Shown: one piece after another, positions 12,106 to 21,011 of the stretch
Layout: every line of letters starts with the position of its first letter
Numbering within the stretch: the stretch's first letter is position 1
Source: Flavobacteriales bacterium
Lineage (GTDB): Bacteria > Bacteroidota > Bacteroidia > Flavobacteriales > CAJXXR01
Direction: 5' to 3'
Length of the DNA: 64,000 nt
Assembly: GCA_049609625.1 (NCBI GenBank)
Contig: JBMYYR010000001.1
Coordinates: forward strand, 3,644 to 67,643
The notes under the pieces: generated by a model
The model's database searches: none
Told to the model about the DNA's origin: nothing
Seen by the model: only the letters and a program-made list of their open reading frames with translations
Position numbers and translations under genes: made by a program

Positions 12106-12957
12106 TTATTTACTCTCTTCTTTTGTTTCTTTAGCTTCAGCTTCTTTGGCCTCTTTAGCTTTTGCAGCTTTTTCGGCTTTTGCAGCTTTGTCCGCTTTTT
12201 CTTTTTCAGCTTTCTTTGCTGATGCTTCAGCTTCTTCTTTTGCTTTAGCTGCAGCTTGCTCTTCTTTCTCAGCTTTGCGCTCGTTCAATCCAGCTTGGAT
12301 ACCTTCGCAAATATAATCAAGAATCACATTGATAGATTTAGAAGCATCATCGTTCCCTGGGATAGCAAAGCTAACGTCTTCTGGGTTCGAGTTTGTATCA
12401 ACGATGGCAAAAGTTGGGATTCCCAATTTTTTTGCTTCGCTAACAGCAATATGCTCTTTCTTTACATCTACAACAAATAATGCGCCAGGAAGTCTAGACA
12501 TATCTTTGATAGAACCAAAGTTACGCTCTAATTTTTCTCTCTGACGATCGATGTGCAAACGCTCTTTTTTCGATAAAGTTTCAAACGTTCCATCGGTCTT
12601 CATACGATCGATAGCTGTCATTTTCTTTACCGTCTTACGAATCGTAACAAAGTTAGTCAACAATCCACCAGGCCAACGCTCAGTAATGTATGGCATGTTG
12701 ATGTTGTCTACTTTTTTAGCTACGAAATCTTTAGCTTGTTTTTTTGTGGCAACAAACAAGATCTTACGTCCCTGTCTTGTAATCACTTGAAGAGCATCTT
12801 TTGCTTCGTCAAGTTTTGCAACAGTTTTGTTGAGATCGATGATGTGGATACCGTTACGCTCCATAAAAATATAAGGAGCCATGTTTGGATGCCATTTTCT
12901 TGTTAGGTGACCAAAATGTACACCTGCGTCTAATAATGTTTTTACTTCTATTGCCAT
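12106..12957 (-). CDS. rpsB: 30S ribosomal protein S2 with a K/A/E-rich C-terminal tail
   Basis: MAIEVKTLLDAGVHFGHLTRKWHPNM... The last roughly 55 aa are low-complexity KAE repeats. Confidence 0.97.
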   Translation of the reverse strand: MAIEVKTLLDAGVHFGHLTRKWHPNMAPYIFMERNGIHIIDLNKTVAKLDEAKDALQVITRQGRKILFVATKKQAKDFVAKKVDNINMPYITERWPGGLLTNFVTIRKTVKKMTAIDRMKTDGTFETLSKKERLHIDRQREKLERNFGSIKDMSRLPGALFVVDVKKEHIAVSEAKKLGIPTFAIVDTNSNPEDVSFAIPGNDDASKSINVILDYICEGIQAGLNERKAEKEEQAAAKAKEEAEASAKKAEKEKADKAAKAEKAAKAKEAKEAEAKETKEESK

Positions 12958-13057
12958 AATGCAATGGGTTTACTTTCCTTTTTAACAAAAATTAGTTGCC
13001 AATTATGCAGTAGCCACCCAGAGGTGAGTCTGCAAAATTTGGATACTAAACCGAATA

Positions 13058-13444
13058 TTAACGTTTCGAGAATTGGAATTTCTTTCTCGCTTTCTTTTGA
13101 CCATATTTCTTACGCTCAACGACTCTTGGGTCTCTTGTTAGTAAGCCTTCTGGTTTCAAAGCTTGTCTGTTTTCTACATCCACTACGCAAAGTGCTCTAG
13201 CTATTCCTAAGCGAGCTGCCTCTGCTTGTCCTGTTTGGCCACCACCAACAACATTAATTTTGATGTCGTAGTTACCTTCTACACCGGTTAAACTTTGAGC
13301 TTGCTCAAGTTTAAATTGTAAAGTTCCTGTAGGGAAATAGTCTTTGTAGTCTCTTCCGTTTACAGTAATTGCACCTTTTCCTTCGTTTAGGAAAACTCTT
13401 GCAATCGCTCTCTTTCTTCTACCGATTGTGTGAATTGTCTCCAT
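13058..13444 (-). CDS. rpsI: 30S ribosomal protein S9
   Basis: 128 aa ending ...RKKYGQKKARKKFQFSKR. Confidence 0.97.
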   Translation of the reverse strand: METIHTIGRRKRAIARVFLNEGKGAITVNGRDYKDYFPTGTLQFKLEQAQSLTGVEGNYDIKINVVGGGQTGQAEAARLGIARALCVVDVENRQALKPEGLLTRDPRVVERKKYGQKKARKKFQFSKR

Positions 13445-13454
13445 TTTTACTTAA

Positions 13455-13898
13455 TTAAAATGTGATTAATTTTGGATTCTGAGCTTCTTGTTTGTGCTCA
13501 GCTCCTTCATAAACATACAGATTTTTGTACAAAGCTGCACCAAGTTTGTTTTTTGGAAGCATACCTTTTACGGCAATTTCCACCAAACGAGTTGGGCGTT
13601 TTTCCATCAATTCTGTAGCTGTTAATGTACGTTGACCTCCTGGGTAACCTGTATGACGCATATAAATTTTATCCGTCATTTTTTTACCTGAAAGAACGAT
13701 TTTCTCAGCGTTGATTACTACAACGTTGTCTCCACAGTCGGCATGAGGCGTGTAATTCGGCTTGTGCTTTCCTCGGAGGATTTTTGCAATCTCAGAGCAC
13801 ATACGCCCTAGAGTTTGACCTTCTGCATCAACTAAAACCCACGTTTTATTTGCGGTTTCTTTGTTGGCAGAAATGGTTTTGTAACTTAATGTATCCAC
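13455..13898 (-). CDS. rplM: 50S ribosomal protein L13
   Basis: 147 aa containing WVLVDAEGQTLGRMCSEIAKILRGKHKPNYTPH. Confidence 0.97.
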   Translation of the reverse strand: MDTLSYKTISANKETANKTWVLVDAEGQTLGRMCSEIAKILRGKHKPNYTPHADCGDNVVVINAEKIVLSGKKMTDKIYMRHTGYPGGQRTLTATELMEKRPTRLVEIAVKGMLPKNKLGAALYKNLYVYEGAEHKQEAQNPKLITF

Positions 13899-13965
13899 TT
13901 AAAAAAAATTAAAAATTTTTCTACTTTCTCTTCCAGCAATCAAAGCGTTGCTCGAAATCAGTTTG

Positions 13966-13973
13966 CAAATATA
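13966..13973 (-). promoter_or_regulatory. Candidate -7 box (TATATTTG) for the rplM-rpsI operon
   Basis: Reverse complement of caaatata matches TAnnTTTG, about 68 nt upstream of the rplM ATG. Confidence 0.4.
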
Positions 13974-14074
13974 ATAATTTTATTTAACTGAGACTACGTT
14001 TTTTATGTTTTGAGTATTTTTTATTTTGGATGAATAAAATTAGTCTGTTTTGAATACATTTGTACAGATTAAAT

Positions 14075-14082
14075 TATATTTG
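14075..14082 (+). promoter_or_regulatory. Candidate -7 box (TATATTTG) for the GNAT gene
   Basis: Exact TAnnTTTG match 50 nt upstream of the ATG at 14132. Confidence 0.35.
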
Positions 14083-14131
14083 ACTCCGTAATGTACTTTC
14101 ATTAGGTAATTGGAGGTAATTTATTAAAATC

Positions 14132-14845
14132 ATGCAAAAATTAACAAAGCTAGAATGGGACTCTAATTTTTTTGAGTATCAGGTTTCTAAACTTGAAGGT
14201 GAAATTAGCCAACTGTCTGATATTCAGTATTTAGAAAAAATATTAGAACGTTCAGGTAGCAAGCTGACCTATTTTTCTTCATCAAAACCAATACCTGAAA
14301 AACTCATTCAGGAAACGGATTTGGAGATAAAATTTGTGGACAAAAAAGTTGTTTATGTCAAAACGCTGGATGCTGAATATTCGACGAGTCCATATATAAG
14401 GAGTGAGCAGACTTCTAAAAACAGTAAAATTTTAGAAGAACTTTCTATACAAAGTGGTGCGTATTCAAGGTTTAAGGTTGATGATAGAATCGATTCTAAG
14501 AAATTTGAAGAGCTTTATCGTTTGTGGATGATTAATTCGCTAAACAGGCAACTTGCCAAAGATGTTTTGGTTTATGAGAATCAAGGTAAAATGACTGGCT
14601 TTGTTACTCTTGGGGAGAAAAATAAAAGAGCAAACATTGGTATCATTGCAATCGATCATTCGACTAGAGGAAAGGGCGTTGGGAAACTTTTGATGCAGGC
14701 TGCGGATGATTGGGCTTTCCAAAACAATTACGCTACTATTCAGGTTATTACACAGGGAGAAAATGAAGGTGCTTGTCGATTTTATGAAGCTTGTGGTTTT
14801 GAGCAAGAACAGCTTGATTATTTCTATCATATTTGGAGAGATTAA
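14132..14845 (+). CDS. GNAT family N-acetyltransferase (WecD/TDP-fucosamine acetyltransferase-like)
   Basis: N-terminal LEWDSNFFEY motif and a C-terminal acetyl-CoA site RGKGVGKLLM. Confidence 0.7.
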   Translation: MQKLTKLEWDSNFFEYQVSKLEGEISQLSDIQYLEKILERSGSKLTYFSSSKPIPEKLIQETDLEIKFVDKKVVYVKTLDAEYSTSPYIRSEQTSKNSKILEELSIQSGAYSRFKVDDRIDSKKFEELYRLWMINSLNRQLAKDVLVYENQGKMTGFVTLGEKNKRANIGIIAIDHSTRGKGVGKLLMQAADDWAFQNNYATIQVITQGENEGACRFYEACGFEQEQLDYFYHIWRD

Positions 14846-14865
14846 CTCCTAAATTTTACAAAACC

Positions 14866-15309
14866 ATGACTTACACCTGCTCCATAGAAATAGATTTGCC
14901 AATAGATAAAGTGGTTGGTCTTTGGACAGACGAAAGTCATTTTCAAGACTGGCAAGATGGTTTCAAGAGCATTGAGTTAATATATGGAAAAAAACATGAG
15001 GTAGGGTCTAAATCTAAACTGGTGTTTGAGGGCAAAAGGCAGATAGAGCTAGTCGAAACGATTTTGATTTCTAATTTGCCACAAGAAAAAAAAGCGATCT
15101 ACGAACATAAGTATATGATAAACACCCAGCGAACCTTGTTTCAATCTATCAACGAACACAAAACGCGATTTATTTCTGAGGTAAATTATATTAAGTTTAA
15201 TGGTCTCTTCATCAAAATCATAGCAAAACTGTTTCCATCAAAGTTTAAAGCTCAAAGTCAGAAATGGATGGAGCAATTTAAATATTTTACAGAAAATTTA
15301 GAAAAATAA
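14866..15309 (+). CDS. SRPBCC-fold protein (polyketide cyclase/START-like)
   Basis: MTYTCSIEIDLPIDKVVGLWTDESHFQDWQDGF... The track ORF starts at a TTG (14833) overlapping the upstream gene, so the start was trimmed to the ATG at 14866. Confidence 0.6.
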   Translation: MTYTCSIEIDLPIDKVVGLWTDESHFQDWQDGFKSIELIYGKKHEVGSKSKLVFEGKRQIELVETILISNLPQEKKAIYEHKYMINTQRTLFQSINEHKTRFISEVNYIKFNGLFIKIIAKLFPSKFKAQSQKWMEQFKYFTENLEK

Positions 15310-15327
15310 GACTCTGATAATCAACTT

Positions 15328-16611
15328 TTAAACTCCAGCCGTTACCCAAAGTAATTCCGAAGGCCTAAAAAAGCGTTGTGCAGTTTTCTGAAGTCTGTCT
15401 GGCGTCATGGCTTTGATTGAATCTATAAAATCAAACTGTCTTTGAAGTTCAAACCCTTTGACATAGAGTGATTTATAGACTGTAGCTTGTCTGAAAAGTC
15501 CATCTGAGGATTCTAAAATTCGCCCTAACATTTTGTTTTTTACCGCCTCTAATTCTGTGTTGCTAATGGGTTCTTCGCAGAGTGTTTTGATTTCTATTTC
15601 TATTTGTTTGAGACAATCTTCGGCATAGGCCGAACCTACCTCGGTCTGGATAGAAAATACAGCAGGGCCAGTATTGAAGAGCAAACTAGAGCCAATGCCA
15701 TAAGTGTAGCCTTTGTCTTCGCGGATGTTTTTCATCAAACGTGAACCAAAATAACCACCCAACACATAATTGAGTATTTTGTGGTTTAAGGCATTGGGGT
15801 CTGCTGCGCCAGGGCAAGAAAATCCAACCCGAATGGCGGTTTGCATATTTTCGGGCATCGGGATGTGAATCCGAGTTTGTTTTGGTTCAAGGTCGGTGTC
15901 AAACACTAGGCTTTGGGCTTTGGGTTTCGATTCGTCGACCTGTTGGCTCAGTTGTTCTATAATAAACGCCTCATCTTTCGATGAAAATCCACCGGTTAAA
16001 TACAGGTCAAATGACTGATTTTTAATTAGTTGATCATAAACTTTCATCAACTGAGTGGATGAAATAGTTTCTAAATCTTGCTGCCGACTTTGCCGTCCAA
16101 GAGGATGTTTTTCTCCAAAAATATGCTTGTTAAAAGTCTGTTTGGCTACAAAGTCCACTTTTTGTTTCGATACATTTAAGTTTTTAATTCCTCGTTGGAT
16201 GGCCAAATCAACCTCCTGCTCATGCAAATCTAAATCTTGAAGAACGGTAGCAAAAATAGGTACGATGTCGGACAAAAAACGCTGTAAGAAGAAGACTTCA
16301 ATTTCGATGTGTTTTTCTTTGGCAGAACACTGGAAATAAGCACCATAATAATCTAATGCTTGAGCTAATTTTTGGCGAGGATGTTGTTTTGTTCCCGAAA
16401 ACATCAACCCACACAACACGTGGATGAGTTGGTTGTTGTGTTGTGTATCAAAAGAACCGTCGAAGCACAAAACCATCGAAATTAGATCACTTTGCTGGCT
16501 TGGCAAACGGTGAATAAACCGCGTATTGAACAGGGAGTGTTTTTCTACCTTGAGGTAGTTTGCTTGGCCCACTTCTTGAATCCGTGGAGCTTTTGTTCGG
16601 TCTAAAATCAT
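15328..16611 (-). CDS. M16 family peptidase, non-catalytic subunit
   Basis: M16 fold, but the HxxEH position reads HVLCG. Start trimmed to the ATG at 16611, which forms an ATGA overlap with the upstream stop. Confidence 0.8.
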   Translation of the reverse strand: MILDRTKAPRIQEVGQANYLKVEKHSLFNTRFIHRLPSQQSDLISMVLCFDGSFDTQHNNQLIHVLCGLMFSGTKQHPRQKLAQALDYYGAYFQCSAKEKHIEIEVFFLQRFLSDIVPIFATVLQDLDLHEQEVDLAIQRGIKNLNVSKQKVDFVAKQTFNKHIFGEKHPLGRQSRQQDLETISSTQLMKVYDQLIKNQSFDLYLTGGFSSKDEAFIIEQLSQQVDESKPKAQSLVFDTDLEPKQTRIHIPMPENMQTAIRVGFSCPGAADPNALNHKILNYVLGGYFGSRLMKNIREDKGYTYGIGSSLLFNTGPAVFSIQTEVGSAYAEDCLKQIEIEIKTLCEEPISNTELEAVKNKMLGRILESSDGLFRQATVYKSLYVKGFELQRQFDFIDSIKAMTPDRLQKTAQRFFRPSELLWVTAGV

Positions 16612-17846
16612 GTTTTGGCGCGGTAATATAGTGTGGAACATTGAGTGGGATTCAGAATTTGTTTCGCAACGCTTAGTACTTGATCTGGGCTCACGTTTCG
16701 ATAATCCTCGAGTTGTGTATTTACCCGATCGGCGTCGCCACTCAATTCGGCTTCGCAAAGCGCCATGGCTTTGTTCAGCACTGAGAGTTGATTGTAGCGC
16801 TCGGCAACTTCAAATTTGTTTTTGATTTTTTCGAGTGCTTTTATGTCAACAGGTTGATTAATAAATTCTTGGAGTACATTTTCGAGAGCTAAATCGGCTG
16901 TTTTTAAATCGATGCCAGCTTTGGGTCTGCCAACAATATAAAACAATCCAGGGTCATAAGATCCACCTACATAAGACGAAATATCGATAAATATACCTTG
17001 TTCTTTAATCAGTTTTTGATACAATATCGACGATTTTCCTTGCGACAACAAATCCGAAAGTATATCGCTTGCCTGAAAATCCGAATCGTATTTTCCCGCC
17101 ATGCGATAGGCTTTATATAAGGTGTCGTTCGGCACTTCGCGTTCTACTTCCAGCAACCTGGCTTCTGTTTGTTTTGGTTCTGAGTTTAAGTTTCGAGTCG
17201 GAATAATTTGCGATGGAATAGAGCCAAAATAACGCTCAATTTGCGCCTTCATCTCATCCAAATCAAAATCTCCCGAAAGGCAAAGCACGGCATTGTTCGG
17301 AGCATAAAATTTTGAGAAAAATGCTTTTACATCTTCCATTTTAGCCTCTTCGATATGGCTAAGATCTTTCCCGATGGTCGGCCATTGGTAAGGGTGTGTT
17401 TTGTAGGCCAATTTGCGTATCAAAAAACTCGTATCGCCATAAGGTTGATTCAAGTAATTTTGTTTAAACTCCTCGATAACTACCTGTCGCTGAACCTCTA
17501 AGCTTTTTTCTGAAAAGGCCAAACTTAGCATACGATCTGATTCGAGCCACAAAGCGGTTTCGATATTACTTTTAGGAACAGTGATGTAGTAATTGGTAAT
17601 GTCATTGGACGTAAAAGCATTGTTTTGTCCGCCAACAGACTCCAAAACACGGTCGAATTCGGGAATGTTTACCGAGCCGCCAAACATCAAATGTTCAAAC
17701 AAATGAGCAAAGCCCGTTTGGGCTGGATCTTCGTCTCGTGCGCCAACATCATACAAAACATTGAGTGCCATAATTGGGCTGCTGTTGTCCTGGTGCAACA
17801 GCACACGTAGACCGTTTTTCAAGGTATGTCGAGAAAAATCTATCAT
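16608..17846 (-). CDS. M16 family zinc peptidase (insulinase-like), catalytic subunit
   Basis: Inverted zinc motif HLFEHLMF is present. Confidence 0.88.
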   Translation of the reverse strand: MIDFSRHTLKNGLRVLLHQDNSSPIMALNVLYDVGARDEDPAQTGFAHLFEHLMFGGSVNIPEFDRVLESVGGQNNAFTSNDITNYYITVPKSNIETALWLESDRMLSLAFSEKSLEVQRQVVIEEFKQNYLNQPYGDTSFLIRKLAYKTHPYQWPTIGKDLSHIEEAKMEDVKAFFSKFYAPNNAVLCLSGDFDLDEMKAQIERYFGSIPSQIIPTRNLNSEPKQTEARLLEVEREVPNDTLYKAYRMAGKYDSDFQASDILSDLLSQGKSSILYQKLIKEQGIFIDISSYVGGSYDPGLFYIVGRPKAGIDLKTADLALENVLQEFINQPVDIKALEKIKNKFEVAERYNQLSVLNKAMALCEAELSGDADRVNTQLEDYRNVSPDQVLSVAKQILNPTQCSTLYYRAKT

Positions 17847-17867
17847 AATTTTAAGAAAATCTAAAGC

Positions 17868-18512
17868 TTATTTCCGACGGTATTTGTCGTTGTTTTTTTT
17901 GCCGTTTTGCTGTTTCTGATGTTTATGTTTTTGATGCTTCTGATTCCGATTGGTTTGAGTTGAGTTTTTTGGTACAGTTACATAATTCAAACTTGTGTCT
18001 TCTGCCAATAATTCTGTTTCCGCAATCCGATTCATCTGTCTGATAATCACCACATCATCTACGGTGGAATTGTTCCACGTTACATAGCATTTTTTCATCT
18101 GATTAGCAATCGCTAAGGCCATGTCTTTTTGGGTGGTTTCATCCTCAATAGTGCAAGCTTTCTTGATCAAACCAAGCACATGTTTTCCAAAATGACGCAA
18201 TTTAATTTGCGATTGCGAATATGCCATCCGCTCGGGCTTTGTGTTCAAAATCTCTTCGTCTGGCTTGTCGTATGGCGTCTCGACATCGAGTTTAAAATCG
18301 GACATGATAAATAAATGATCCCACAATTTGTGGCGATAATCAGGAATATTTCTCAGGTGTGGGTTTAGATTTCCCATCACTTCTATAACGGCTTTCGCCT
18401 GATGATTTCGCTTATCTTGGTCTTCTATTTCTAAAAGATATTCGATCATACGCTGCACATTGCGGCCATATTCCGGAATAATCAACTTGGGGAGTTGGGT
18501 GTTGTAGTCCAT
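17868..18512 (-). CDS. DUF4290 protein
   Basis: MDYNTQLPKLIIPEYGRNVQRMIEY... with a basic H/K/Q-rich C-terminal tail. Confidence 0.75.
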   Translation of the reverse strand: MDYNTQLPKLIIPEYGRNVQRMIEYLLEIEDQDKRNHQAKAVIEVMGNLNPHLRNIPDYRHKLWDHLFIMSDFKLDVETPYDKPDEEILNTKPERMAYSQSQIKLRHFGKHVLGLIKKACTIEDETTQKDMALAIANQMKKCYVTWNNSTVDDVVIIRQMNRIAETELLAEDTSLNYVTVPKNSTQTNRNQKHQKHKHQKQQNGKKNNDKYRRK

Positions 18513-18596
18513 ATTAATAGTAAGGTATTCTTGTGTTGTAGTGTGTTTCTTTTTTGGGAAAAAGAGATTTTGAGTTTGTCCTTTTCAATCTAAATA

Positions 18597-19226
18597 CTAG
18601 TGCATTTTTCCGATTTCTCCGTTGTAGTTTGATAAAAACTGCGCTTCGTAGTCCAGAAATTCATCCCAACGCGCGCGCACTTGTTCTTTTGGAGAATAGA
18701 TTTCGGCTAATTTAATAAACATTGTGTAATGAGCAGCTTCCGAAACCATAAAATCGTGATAAAAAGTTTTTAATTCGGCATCAGCGCAATATAATGACAA
18801 TAGTCGGAAACGCTCGCAAGACCGAGCTTCAATGAGTGCGCAAGTCAATAAAGAGTCGAGTAATTTAATGTCCAAAGTAGCTCCATTTCGACAAAATTTC
18901 CTGATTTTCTCAACATAACCATCATTTTGAGGTTGTTTTAGTGGAATATTACGTTTTCGCATCTCTCGAAGCACCATTCTAAAATGCATCCATTCTTCAG
19001 CTACTACTGGTGTCACCTGATCTACAAGTTCATCTTTGTCCCAGAATCTGATGATGAGACTGATGCAAGCACTTGCTGCCTTTTGTTCACAAAACGCGTG
19101 ATCGTTGAGTATAAAATCAATGTTTTTTTCTTGAATATTGACCCAGCGCGGATCCGTCGACATCCGTAAACCTAAAATATTAATCGGGTCTTTGAGTTCT
19201 TCTTCTGTGTATTTTATTTTCGACAT
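18597..19226 (-). CDS. miaE: tRNA-(ms2io6A37) hydroxylase MiaE-like di-iron protein
   Basis: LNDHAFCEQKAASACISLI, plus ExxH-type ligand regions (EEWMHF, SEAAHY). Confidence 0.75.
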   Translation of the reverse strand: MSKIKYTEEELKDPINILGLRMSTDPRWVNIQEKNIDFILNDHAFCEQKAASACISLIIRFWDKDELVDQVTPVVAEEWMHFRMVLREMRKRNIPLKQPQNDGYVEKIRKFCRNGATLDIKLLDSLLTCALIEARSCERFRLLSLYCADAELKTFYHDFMVSEAAHYTMFIKLAEIYSPKEQVRARWDEFLDYEAQFLSNYNGEIGKMH

Positions 19227-19233
19227 ATTTTTC

Positions 19234-19776
19234 CTATTTCTTACTGATTTCTAATAATTTACGACTTGTTTTCAGATTTCTAGTTGTGGCTTTTACTTTT
19301 AGTTTCGATTCAAAAAACTGATTAGAAAGTTTTGAATTTCTCGAAAGTGAATCATAATACAAAAACACCACTTTATTTTTAATCTTAAATTGATCTGGGC
19401 TATAGTCAAAAGCTTCTGTCAGAGTAAGTTGTTCTGTTTTTGGTTTGGTTTTCAAAAAGCAAAAATAGAGCTGTTTTTCTTGAACACCTTCTGTATAAAA
19501 CGGATTTTCGTTCAATGCACATTCTAATTCAGCTTGGCTGATGATAACCACAGGAACCTCAAAACCAAAGTGTTCTAAAATGAGTTTTTCTATACAATCG
19601 GCATCTTCTTCTGGACTTGATTTTTTAGCTGGATGATAAAACACATTTCCACTTTGGATATAAGTCGAAACCTCTTCAAAACCCTGATCAGATAACAATT
19701 GACGCAAGTCTGCCATTAAAATTTTCCGATGACCACCCACATTAATACCTCTCAACAAAGCGATGCGCTTTTCCAT
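19234..19776 (-). CDS. DUF1697 protein
   Basis: MEKRIALLRGINVGGHRKILMADLRQLL is the typical DUF1697 N-terminus. Confidence 0.8.
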   Translation of the reverse strand: MEKRIALLRGINVGGHRKILMADLRQLLSDQGFEEVSTYIQSGNVFYHPAKKSSPEEDADCIEKLILEHFGFEVPVVIISQAELECALNENPFYTEGVQEKQLYFCFLKTKPKTEQLTLTEAFDYSPDQFKIKNKVVFLYYDSLSRNSKLSNQFFESKLKVKATTRNLKTSRKLLEISKK

Positions 19777-19827
19777 AATTATTATGATTTTTGCTGTCCA
19801 AATTTGAATCTAATGGTAAAAGTATTT

Positions 19828-19835
19828 TATTTTTG
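19828..19835 (+). promoter_or_regulatory. Candidate -7 box (TATTTTTG) for the SPFH gene
   Basis: TAnnTTTG match 27 nt upstream of the ATG at 19863. It lies inside the TTG-extended track ORF. Confidence 0.4.
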
Positions 19836-19862
19836 ACTATATTAGTCGAAAAAACAAAAAAC

Positions 19863-20981
19863 ATGGGACTTTTTGATGAAATAAAGAACAAACTTACCAA
19901 CGAATTTATTGACATTGTCGAGTTTTTGGATAACTCCAACGACACGATTGCCTACCGATTTGAACGTTATCAGAACGAAATTAAAAATGGGGCGCAACTC
20001 ATTGTCCGAGAAGGGCAAATGGCTGTATTTGTGTCCGAAGGTAAACTGGCTGATGTGTTTTCGCCAGGAACGTACACGCTAAATACTCAAAACCTACCGA
20101 TTTTAAGCACTTTAAAAGGTTGGAAATATGGCTTTAACAGTCCGTTTAAAGCTGAAGTTTATTTTGTAAATACACGTTTGTTTACCAATGAAAAATGGGG
20201 AACAAAAACACCCATTTTACTCAATGATGATCGTTATGGTTTGGTGGAAATTCGAGCGTTTGGAACCTATGCCTTCAAAATTGATGACGCTGGTTTGTTC
20301 ATCAAAGACATTGTAGGGACAGACGGTCATTTTACCAATTTTGAAATCAATGAACATCTTAAAAGCATGATTTCTACACGATTTACGGATGCTGTTGGCG
20401 AGGCTAAAATTCCGATTGAGCTTTACGCCGCAAATACTACCGAGCTTTCAGAATTGTGCCAAAACATTATTCAAACTGAGTTTAAATCGGTCGGACTGTC
20501 TGTCGAGAAATTCTATATCGAGAACGTTTCGATGCCCGAAGAGCTCAAAAAGGAAATTTTTGAATATAGCCGATTAAACAAAATTGACCTCAATAAATTG
20601 ATGCAAATCAAAGCTGCAAAAGCCATGGAAATTGCGGCTGCCAATGAAGGTGGAGCAGCAGGTGCAGGTGTTGGAATGGGAATGGGCTTTGCGATGGCCA
20701 ATCAATTCGGAAATTTGTTTAATATACAAGGTAATACCAATCAAAACCGTGGAAGTATGCCACCACCATTGCCCAATCAGGTTCAGTATTTTTATGCAAA
20801 GGATGGGCAACAAAATGGCCCTGTGAGCTGGCAAGTTTTGGCCGATTTGTATAAGCAAAAACGCCTTTCGGAAGAGAGCTTGGTTTGGCATCAAGGTTTA
20901 GAGCACTGGGTAAGCTTTAGTAATTTGGAGCTGTTCAAAACCCTTGGTGGCTCAACGCCTCCGCCACTTCCGGTAAGCTAA
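19863..20981 (+). CDS. SPFH/Band-7 protein (YdjI / virion-core-protein-like) with a C-terminal GYF_2-like domain
   Basis: MGLFDEIKNKL...RFERYQNEIKNGAQLIVREGQMAVFV is the COG4260-type SPFH N-terminus. The C-terminus is YFYAKDGQQNGPVSWQVLADL...WHQGLEHWV, flanked by two PPPLP motifs. Confidence 0.8.
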   Translation: MGLFDEIKNKLTNEFIDIVEFLDNSNDTIAYRFERYQNEIKNGAQLIVREGQMAVFVSEGKLADVFSPGTYTLNTQNLPILSTLKGWKYGFNSPFKAEVYFVNTRLFTNEKWGTKTPILLNDDRYGLVEIRAFGTYAFKIDDAGLFIKDIVGTDGHFTNFEINEHLKSMISTRFTDAVGEAKIPIELYAANTTELSELCQNIIQTEFKSVGLSVEKFYIENVSMPEELKKEIFEYSRLNKIDLNKLMQIKAAKAMEIAAANEGGAAGAGVGMGMGFAMANQFGNLFNIQGNTNQNRGSMPPPLPNQVQYFYAKDGQQNGPVSWQVLADLYKQKRLSEESLVWHQGLEHWVSFSNLELFKTLGGSTPPPLPVS

Positions 20982-21011
20982 AACTAAACGACTTATAGGT
21001 TTTTAGATTTT

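Noticed and set aside
14833-14865. N-terminal extensions from TTG/GTG starts in the ORF track (also 19791, 33348, 46835, 46986, 53674, 59321, 60330, 32362, 16758)
   Set aside because: Each extension overlaps an upstream gene or contains the predicted -7 promoter box. A downstream ATG gives the conserved family N-terminus.
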